From NCBI RefSeq assembly GCF_001194135.2, contig NC_068990.1, forward strand, positions 15,045,621 through 15,080,425: DNA of 34,805 nt, in the 5' to 3' direction. Below are positions 31,253 to 34,805 of the stretch, one piece after another (the first letter of the stretch is position 1; every line of letters begins with the position of its first letter). Position numbers and translations under genes: made by a program. Below the pieces are notes generated by a model. It saw only the letters and a program-made list of their open reading frames with translations, did no database searches and was not told where the DNA came from. Origin of the DNA: Octopus bimaculoides (Eukaryota).

Positions 31253-33530
31253 TGTATGTCATTATTCAGTTTTGTTTCAAGATTTCTTGCCAGTAGAGAA
31301 AGAGCCGGTTTCTAACCTAGATCCAAGGCTCCTTCATTGGAATTTCAATATCAACAACAGGGTATTTTTGTATGTATGTATATGTGTAGATATGTATGCT
31401 TTGCTTTATGTATGTATTCTCATGCATATAGTTGCATGTTTAGACATTCTCATATATACTTAAATATAAACTTCTGGAAATTTTTCCAAATTTTTACAGC
31501 TCCAGTGATGGGTTGGATCTGTAGTCTTCCAACCAGCTTTCTCCTTTCTGGTTTTGAGAAGCCTAATTTCTTAAGATTGATATTTAGGTAGTGTGTTATG
31601 TATCCTAGTGCTCCAATAATTACAGGTATAAACCTGAACTTGTAATTTGGATAGGGATACTGCAGATTTCTCAATAGTTCAGCGTATGTATTCTCTTTAT
31701 CACTGATCTTCAACTTTATGTTAACATCCGCTGGGCAGCTGATTTCCACAACTGTACACAGCTTCTTTTCTCTATCCCAAAATCATTATATCAAATCTAT
31801 TGTGTTTACATTTTATTGAGGTTTTTACTGGGACATATGTATGTATGTTATTGCTTACTGAGGTTAGATTATATTTCAAGGTTTCAATACAACTGTTCTC
31901 TTCTATAACAGTTCCATTGTAAACAAAACTCTTCACTAATGCCAATTATTTAGGTTATTCTTTTAGATTAATAAATGATGGCTTGACTGTTCTTTTTTTT
32001 ATTATTTTTTTTGCTATTCATTCATATAAACATATAAAATCTAAATTAAAGAATTTAACTTACAAATATATTTCATCTAGTTACTGTAGAGAATCTGCAG
32101 AAAAATGTGAACCACTTCCATTCTCTAATGGTAAGTTTTGATTTTCCTCTTTTGTAATAAAATATTAAGTTTCACCACTACCACCATCAACTCCACCACT
32201 ACTACCATCACCATCACAACCACTGCTGCCATTACCACCACCACTATTACCCACCACCACTACCACCAGGTGCTGTTAGATCTAAAACTTTTGGAAATAT
32301 TATAATCAAACTAACTATGGTTACTTCTGATTTTATACTCCTTTACTCTCTTTTACTTGCTTCAGTTATTTGACTGCGGCCATGCTGGAGCACCGCCTTT
32401 AGTCGAGCAAATCAACCCTAGCACTTATTCGATCGGTCTCTTTTGCCGAACTGCTAAGTTACAGGGACGTAAACACACCAACATCGGTTGTCAAGTGATG
32501 TTGTGGGGACAAACACAGACACACAAACACACACACACACACACACATATATATACATATACATATATACGACGTGCTTCTTTCAGTTTCCATCTACCAA
32601 ATCCACTCACACGGCTTTAGTCGGCCCGAGATTATAGTAGAAGACACTTGCCCGAGTTGCCACCCAGAACCATGTGGTTGGTAAGCAAGCTACTTACCAC
32701 ACAGCCACTCCTGTGCCTATGTTAAGAAAATTTTAATATATATATATTTAGATTGGAGCCTGGTGTTGCCATCCGGTTTCACCAGTCCTCAGTCAAGTCG
32801 TCCAACCCATGCTAGCATGGAAAGCGGACGTTAAACGATGATGATGATGATGATATATATATATATATATATGAATTTATAATCATAATTATAATTAAGG
32901 GTAGCAGATAGTATCAGCATTGCTAGAAATAAGAGTTGAAAAATACTCAAATAAGCCACAATAAAAATTCAATAAGCTGACGAAATTGATTTTGTCAGCT
33001 TCTTAATGTCAACCACTTTGAGAGTGTAATGGATGCTTTTACATACCACTAGCACAGGTACCAGCTGTGTGACACCAGTATCTGCCACAATTACGATTTC
33101 ACTTGGCTTGATGAGTCTTCTTCTCAAGTACAGCATATTGCCAAAGGTCTTGGTTCGCAACACATATGATCCCTCTAATGGTTAGGAGCTATTTCAAGGA
33201 AGATTATAATTTCTTCATAATATTTGGCAGGATTAGAAATGTGAAATTGAAATTAAAAAATTATTAGAAAATCATGCATAGAATTCACATATTTAATTTT
33301 TTTGTTATTTAATATGAAGTTCTTAAAATTTTTTTTTTTTTGTGGAATCTTCTAATTTCTAGCAACTGCTGGTTGGAGTGACTGGACCGAATGGAGTGGA
33401 TGTACTCAAACATGTCAGGGTGGAATAAACTATCGGCTTCGTTATTGTAATAATCCTCTACCACGCTGTGGAGCAGCACCATGCAAGGGATTGCCCTTAG
33501 AACAGAAATCTTGTAATGAAAAGATAGCAT
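2811..33530 (+). CDS. Partial multi-exon gene (28 exons, ~1310 aa in window): SCO-spondin/mucin-like extracellular protein with 6 discoidin (F5/8C)-like domains followed by TSP1, TIL and VWC-like modules
   Basis: Exons joined manually. Every intron is GT..AG, phases match at all 27 junctions and the frame stays open. Domain motifs: C..(G)L/M..I..SS..GW.P/S..LGC (discoidin-like), WSxWSxCSxTC (TSP1), CxGGSVWSECSNRCPITC (TIL). 5' and 3' ends lie outside the window. Confidence 0.88.
3506..3937 (+). mobile_element. Non-autonomous hAT element with perfect 8-bp TSD (GTAATACC)
   Basis: TSD at 3498-3505 and 3938-3945; ends CAGTGCTGGATTAA... and ...TTATCTGCCCTG; residual peptide LPSIEAEILHKIDFNDIIKHFAIKKKQRRKLF resembles the hAT C-terminal dimerisation tail. 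Confidence 0.85.
4044..4194 (+). CDS. Exon B1: C-terminal half of discoidin-like domain 1 (NTKRLQNNSPDAIIKIPFG...ILGCFES), phase 0->1
   Basis: ttttacag|aat ... tca c|gtaagt; 151 nt. Confidence 0.92.
4412..4643 (-). mobile_element. Degenerate S1 retroposon copy
   Basis: (cat)n ... tttaacatc ... ccatgctggcatgggttgga ... ggctggatgc. Confidence 0.65.
4738..4770 (+). CDS. Micro-exon C1: Thr/Ala linker (QSTTEAATTAT), phase 1->1
   Basis: cctgtag|aa tct aca ... aca g|gtatgt; 33 nt. Confidence 0.82.
5018..5268 (+). CDS. Exon A2 (discoidin-like domain 2, N-half)
   Basis: catacag|aa tca tgg ... ggc cag|gtaaat; 251 nt. Confidence 0.92.
5790..5940 (+). CDS. Exon B2 (NTKHIQNNKPDAL...LGCFEA)
   Basis: cctacag|aat ... 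gca c|gtaagt; 151 nt. Confidence 0.92.
6119..6148 (+). CDS. Micro-exon C2 (QPTTQGATAT)
   Basis: ctgcag|aa cca ... aca g|gtatga; 30 nt. Confidence 0.8.
6765..7015 (+). CDS. Exon A3 (discoidin-like domain 3, N-half)
   Basis: cacacag|ag tcc ... ggc cag|gtaaat; 251 nt. Confidence 0.92.
7098..7365 (+). mobile_element. tRNA-headed SINE (family S2, with internal microsatellite), degenerate
   Basis: ggctgtgtggtt A-box-like and gagttcggaccc B-box-like head; gtggatttgatagacagaaactgagagaagcc core shared with the 26935 copy. Confidence 0.65.
7716..7752. other. Assembly gap (N run); others at 21032-21191, 25649-25871 and 33668-33903
   Basis: N characters, each next to a microsatellite. Confidence 0.95.
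8124..8167. repeat. Tandem 11-mer (AATAATATTAG)x4
   Basis: Four perfect copies. Confidence 0.9.
8472..8622 (+). CDS. Exon B3 (NTKNIRNNNPDA...LGCFES)
   Basis: ttttacag|aat ... tca c|gtaagt; 151 nt. Confidence 0.92.
8840..9500. repeat. Purine-rich (GA/GGT) low-complexity tract
   Basis: Long GA-rich run with (ggt)n at ~9160-9197. Confidence 0.7.
9719..9751 (+). CDS. Micro-exon C3 (QSTTIAATTTT)
   Basis: ctctctag|ag tct ... aca g|gtaagt; 33 nt. Confidence 0.82.
10261..10428 (+). mobile_element. S1 retroposon copy ending ~35 nt upstream of exon A4
   Basis: gaagggcatccagctgtagaaact...ccaacccatgccagcatgga...(gat)n. Confidence 0.8.
10465..10715 (+). CDS. Exon A4 (discoidin-like domain 4, N-half; variant loop DVSDKNPT)
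   Basis: aatacag|gg tcc ... ggg cag|gtaaat; 251 nt. Confidence 0.92.
10944..11640 (-). mobile_element. S1 retroposon copy interrupted by a nested SINE
   Basis: (cat)n tail at 10944; body resumes at 11293 (tttctacagctggatgcccttcc); internal agccagtcaggcagca repeats. Confidence 0.75.
11062..11292 (-). mobile_element. SINE (family S3, core ggtcgactttgcctttcatcc) with 18-bp TSD
   Basis: CTGATCTGGCAATGTTTC at 11044-11061 and 11293-11310. Confidence 0.85.
11893..12263 (-). mobile_element. RTE-clade LINE 3' fragment (pseudogenised ORF C-terminus)
   Basis: IRCGVQARWLR*YGHVLHMDEESCVKKC...GRGRPRKTWDEVVKHDL, matching the RTE LRWxGHV..GRPRKTW motif. Confidence 0.85.
12721..12871 (+). CDS. Exon B4 (NSMHMSNNKPDA...LGCFES)
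   Basis: tttaacag|aat ... tca c|gtaagt; 151 nt. Confidence 0.92.
13357..13389 (+). CDS. Micro-exon C4 (QSTTEAAAIAT)
   Basis: ctttag|aa tct ... aca g|gtatat; 33 nt. Confidence 0.8.
13600..13850 (+). CDS. Exon A5 (discoidin-like domain 5, N-half)
   Basis: aaaacag|aa tcc ... gaa cag|gtaaaa; 251 nt. Confidence 0.92.
14554..14704 (+). CDS. Exon B5 (NTKPLHNNKPDA...LGCFEL)
   Basis: ttctacag|aac ... tta c|gtaagc; 151 nt. Confidence 0.92.
14792..15198 (+). mobile_element. Penelope-like pLTR-type fragment with inverted (palindromic) duplication
   Basis: Near-perfect palindrome 14792-15113 centred on tagtag|ctacta (14946/14947); the right arm continues into a hammerhead motif and an AT-rich tail. 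Inverted partial pLTRs and minimal hammerheads are known features of Penelope-like elements. Confidence 0.6.
15084..15129 (+). ncRNA. Minimal type I hammerhead ribozyme motif (probably degenerate)
   Basis: Stem I gacac(15084-88)/gtgtt(15125-29); core CTGATGA 15089-95; stem II ggctg/cagct; GAAA 15117-20; then TGTT. Two G-U wobbles are consistent with CpG decay of ccGAAAcgtt. Confidence 0.6.
15354..15610 (+). CDS. Exon A6: divergent discoidin-like domain 6, N-half (QPCKIVDGMSSSEYIPSSSIKVSS...DGWKSD...GNHSIK)
   Basis: tttttgaag|ag cca tgc ... att aag|gttagt; 257 nt; same phases (1->0) and motif order as A1-A5. Confidence 0.88.
16016..16190 (+). mobile_element. Degenerate S1 copy (internal tandem motifs also at ~15690-15810)
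   Basis: aagggcatccaacc...ccaacccatgccagcatggaaaac. Confidence 0.6.
16574..16775 (-). mobile_element. Degenerate S1 copy
   Basis: (cat)n...ccttccatgctggcatgg...ggctggatgcccttcctaacaccaaccac. Confidence 0.65.
16852..16984 (+). CDS. Exon B6: divergent discoidin-like domain 6, C-half (GNKPGQTITIPRG...ENCSVIVAISIKACFKEK)
   Basis: ctttaaag|gga ... aaa t|gtaagt; 133 nt; phase 0->1. Confidence 0.85.
18116..18193 (+). CDS. Linker exon (SKGQYIEEPVTGRAPDVIPNELVSTG)
   Basis: ttcttaaaag|ct ... gga g|gtaatg; 78 nt, phase 1->1, open frame. Confidence 0.72.
18401..18698 (-). mobile_element. Possible solo LTR (GC/CpG-rich island starting TGTAGTTATT on - strand)
   Basis: Composition contrasts sharply with the flanks; TG start on the - strand; no TSD found. 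Confidence 0.25.
19255..19900 (-). pseudogene. Degenerate Gypsy-type LTR retrotransposon integrase relic
   Basis: Frameshifted peptides in integrase order: RIDIMHY; NEMFLLRGPIDLVLM; YFRAAYRSIRNGNVE*H; VVFWYNMLPRSG; SIPQRAVFKYE*R; IGLKVWVKPHG; NNVSVD. Confidence 0.75.
20346..20387 (+). CDS. Linker exon (EAEKQVEPAPLSRS)
   Basis: attttag|aa gct ... tca g|gtaagt; 42 nt, phase 1->1. Confidence 0.72.
21192..21430 (+). mobile_element. S2 SINE 3' half (5' part in N gap)
   Basis: tctgtgtttgtcccc...agcagttcggcaaaagagacc...ggtgctccagcatggcc...aaatgactgaaac. Confidence 0.75.
21511..21682 (+). CDS. Exon (VCTFDKCTFMREFGFDG...INVACTQC), acidic segment leading into a VWC-like motif
   Basis: (ttta)n tttcag|ta tgc ... 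caa tg|gtaaga; 172 nt, phase 1->2. Confidence 0.82.
22003..22049 (+). CDS. Exon (CLCKNGNITCDHKICE), VWC-like C-terminal half
   Basis: tttttcag|t tta tgt ... gag g|gtgagt; 47 nt, phase 2->1. Confidence 0.85.
22381..22806 (-). mobile_element. Possible solo LTR with a ~60-bp direct repeat
   Basis: TGT...ACA ends; flanks aaaag/aaatg (4 of 5 match); TATAAAA on the - strand; tandem ctactgctagg..ccccagcaagttgtcac..gacactgtctaaa x2 (~22670-22790). Confidence 0.35.
23085..23591. mobile_element. piggyBac-like MITE (CCCTTT...AAAGGG, ATAA/TTAA flanks) interrupted by a SINE
   Basis: ataa|ccctttcacatt ... aatgctaaaggg|ttaa; related fragments at ~17043, ~17640-17740, ~27455 and ~30750. Confidence 0.6.
23244..23556 (+). 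mobile_element. S3 SINE with internal core duplication and 13-bp TSD
   Basis: TTAGGCCAGATAT at 23231-23243 and 23557-23569; two copies of aaattc..aggtc..ctttg.ctttcatcctttt.ggg. Confidence 0.75.
23657..23815 (+). CDS. TSP1 exon (CMYSGWQGWSSCSKTCDNGFKIRTR...CNIKICH)
   Basis: tttcag|ga ... cac g|gtaatc; 159 nt; WxxWSxCSxTC and RxR motifs. Confidence 0.9.
23873..23907. repeat. (TA)n microsatellite, representative of many: (GT)n ~6626, ~7265, ~10054; (GTA)n ~25235; (ATT)n ~26218; (CA)n ~31065; (TTTA)n ~21470
   Basis: Direct reading. Confidence 0.9.
23945..24125 (-). mobile_element. Degenerate S2 SINE 3' part
   Basis: aagttacagggatgtaaacacaccaacattggttgtcaag...acaaacacagacac. Confidence 0.6.
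24308..24475 (+). CDS. TSP1-like exon (ETVWSSWSSWSPC...RKRTC...PCQSKVKTT)
   Basis: ttttatcaag|ct ... acc a|gtaagt; 168 nt. Confidence 0.88.
25295..25490 (+). mobile_element. S3 SINE
   Basis: gagctggcagaatcgttagc...gagttcaaattccaccgaggtcaactttgcc...ctgggggtcgatctaatcgac. Confidence 0.8.
25492..25648 (-). mobile_element. 3' end of an RLE-type (R4/NeSL-like) LINE with (TAA)n tail
   Basis: Reverse strand reads ALLGTAHILCKTLSIQ*, then a 3' UTR and aataataat. Confidence 0.6.
26501..26744 (+). CDS. TIL domain exon plus start of VWC-like (TILa) module (TCTGGSVWSECSNRCPITC...CPCY...PCREC)
   Basis: tttctag|aa aca tgt ... gaa tg|gtaaat; 244 nt; TIL-type Cys pattern. Confidence 0.9.
26935..27328 (+). 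mobile_element. Near full-length S2 SINE
   Basis: tRNA-like head (gtggctgtgtggtaag...gggttcattccc), central (TA/TG)n, tail (aaaagagt)n. Confidence 0.85.
27530..28045 (+). mobile_element. Composite SINE block: degenerate S3 interrupted by another tRNA-headed SINE (gttgtgttcttgagcaagtcacttt core)
   Basis: gagttcgattcc B-box at ~27687; S3-type tail gccccctcccacaaaattgctggccttgtgccaaaa resumes near 27990. Confidence 0.55.
28086..28132 (+). CDS. Exon (CTCSNSGKIVCQEKSN), VWC-like C-half
   Basis: attaacag|c aca tgc ... aac t|gtaagg; 47 nt, phase 2->1. Confidence 0.83.
28242..28317 (+). CDS. TSP1 N-half exon (CCLWSPWTSWGGCSTSCGIGKRFRYK)
   Basis: cattatag|gt tgt ... tat aa|gtaaat; 76 nt, phase 1->2. 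Confidence 0.88.
29232..29485. mobile_element. Degenerate hAT/Charlie-like MITE
   Basis: 5' CAGTGGTTTTCAACC and 3' GGTTGAGA..; left flank atttagac resembles the Charlie target site; 3' end decayed. Confidence 0.45.
29833..30023. mobile_element. Foldback MITE: 84-bp inverted arms (2 mismatches), 23-bp spacer, TA at both ends
   Basis: tacaagtagaaag...gagcagaaaaa / tttttctgctc...ctttctacttgta. Confidence 0.8.
30170..30475 (-). mobile_element. Degenerate tRNA-headed SINE
   Basis: Reverse head ggtgcatagcttagtggttagg...gagttcaattcc; related head at ~6485-6540. Confidence 0.6.
30523..30672 (+). CDS. TSP1 C-half plus VWC-like start (TLLGGSSSTCKSYEDESDACELKKCPPDCQIDG...DDCQVC)
   Basis: gtatatcag|a act ... 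gtg tg|gtaagt; 150 nt, phase 2->2. Confidence 0.87.
31222..31800 (-). mobile_element. RLE-type (R4/Dong/NeSL-like) LINE 3' fragment with (ATAC)n tail
   Basis: WDREKKLCTVVEISCPADVNIKLKISDKENTYAELLRNL...FIPVIIGALG, a restriction-like endonuclease C-terminal pattern. Confidence 0.8.
32081..32130 (+). CDS. Exon (CYCRESAEKCEPLPFSN)
   Basis: ttcatctag|t tac tgt ... aat g|gtaagt; 50 nt, phase 2->1. Confidence 0.83.
32345..32718 (-). mobile_element. Near full-length S2 SINE
   Basis: Reverse-complement match to 26935-27328. Confidence 0.85.
32750..32854 (+). mobile_element. Short young S1 3' fragment
   Basis: Near-identical to 127-232. Confidence 0.85.
33363..33530 (+). CDS. TSP1 exon (TAGWSDWTEWSGCTQTCQGGINYRLRYCNNPLPRCGAAPCKG...CNEKIA)
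   Basis: aatttctag|ca ... gca t|gtaagt; 168 nt, phase 1->1; CNNPxP motif typical of SCO-spondin-type TSP1 repeats. Confidence 0.9.
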
Positions 33531-33636
33531 GTAAGTATATTGTATGAATTGTCAATTGATATAAAGAATTGTTTCATATGAATAAGAATTAAATAAACGT
33601 ATCATCATTGTCATCACCATCATCACCATCACCATC

Positions 33637-33667
<31 letters not shown>

Positions 33668-34574
33668 NNNNNNNNNNNNNNNNNNNNNNNNNNNNNNNNN
33701 NNNNNNNNNNNNNNNNNNNNNNNNNNNNNNNNNNNNNNNNNNNNNNNNNNNNNNNNNNNNNNNNNNNNNNNNNNNNNNNNNNNNNNNNNNNNNNNNNNNN
33801 NNNNNNNNNNNNNNNNNNNNNNNNNNNNNNNNNNNNNNNNNNNNNNNNNNNNNNNNNNNNNNNNNNNNNNNNNNNNNNNNNNNNNNNNNNNNNNNNNNNN
33901 NNNCAAAACTGGTGCATAATAGGAAAATACTATAAATTAAGTTACCCTTGAAATATTAATACGGTCGGAATAAAACAAGTTTTACTTAACTCAGACAAAT
34001 GGTTTTTGAGATATTAGGGGTTTTCAGGTTATAAATACCCAAAACGGTGCATAATGGGAAGATATTCTGAAAGTAACTTAATTCTGAAAGAGAAGAAACT
34101 CTTACCTTTCGATTAGACACAGTGACTTGACAATAAAAAAATACGATTTGTTTCTTACAGTAAACGTTTCTATTTTTGATTTTGTTAAATACAATATTTT
34201 AATCATTTAGAAATATTTTTAAGTGAATGTGATTTCAAAAATGTAAGTTATTTGTACAGTAGGTATTTATATTTTAGCTTTCTTTAAACAGACAATACTT
34301 TAATGTTTTTTTTAAATTAATTTCAAGTGAATACCATTAAAAAATTTTATTTTGGCGTTTCTAAAAAATATTTCAAAGTGAAAATGACTTTAAAAATATG
34401 TCAGTAGATATAAATATTTTTACAATATATATGAGTGTATAAAATTTATACATGGAGAAACGATCAAATAAGAATGTTCTTTCGTGGCTTGGGAATTTGA
34501 TTGCCATTTTTAGCATGTAAGAAGACCTCATAGTGGTCTTCTCTCCATGTATAAATTAGATACACTCATATATA

Positions 34575-34805
34575 TCATCATCATCATCATCATCATCATC
34601 GTTTAACGTCCACTTTCCATGCTAGCATGGGTTGGACGATTTGACTGAGGACTGGTGAAACCGGATGGCAACACCAATCTAATTTGGCAGAGTTTCTACA
34701 GCTAGATGCCCTTCCTAACGCCAACCACTCAGAGAGTGTAGTGGGTGCTTTTACGTGTCACCCGCACGAAAACGGCCATGCTCGAAATGGTGTCTTTTAT
34801 GTACC
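34575..34805 (-). mobile_element. S1 copy, inverted relative to 1-232
   Basis: Reverse complement matches 1-232 apart from a few substitutions and one short deletion. Confidence 0.85.

Noticed and set aside
20998-33919. ORFs spanning N runs and (GT)/(CA)/(ATT) repeats
   Set aside because: Artefacts of assembly gaps and microsatellites.
33904-34520. Further exon or identifiable transposon after the last gap
   Set aside because: No convincing splice-bounded Cys-rich frame or recognisable termini.

Overview
AT-rich, microsatellite- and SINE-dense animal genomic DNA. The repeat families look like Octopus/cephalopod; this is inferred from recalled repeat patterns, not a database search. The window holds an internal part of one large + strand gene. 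I traced 28 exons by hand (2811-33530; 3930 nt, about 1310 codons). All have AG/GT boundaries and consistent phases, with no stop codon; no start or stop exon lies in the window. The product is an SCO-spondin/mucin-like extracellular protein. It has five near-identical discoidin (F5/8 type C)-like domains encoded by a tandemly amplified exon module: A 251 nt, B 151 nt and a Thr-rich micro-exon C of 30-33 nt, which is absent after the fifth copy. A sixth, divergent discoidin-like domain follows, then linkers and TSP1/TIL/VWC-like modules. The introns carry a mariner relic, a hAT element with a perfect 8-bp target-site duplication (TSD), RTE, RLE-type LINE and Gypsy integrase relics, nested SINEs with TSDs, a foldback MITE, and a 322-bp palindrome containing a Penelope-type minimal hammerhead ribozyme motif. 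The most interesting signals are the exon array (in-frame modular splicing potential, mosaic homogenisation of A exons, a variable loop, an extra conserved Cys) and the palindromic hammerhead element.
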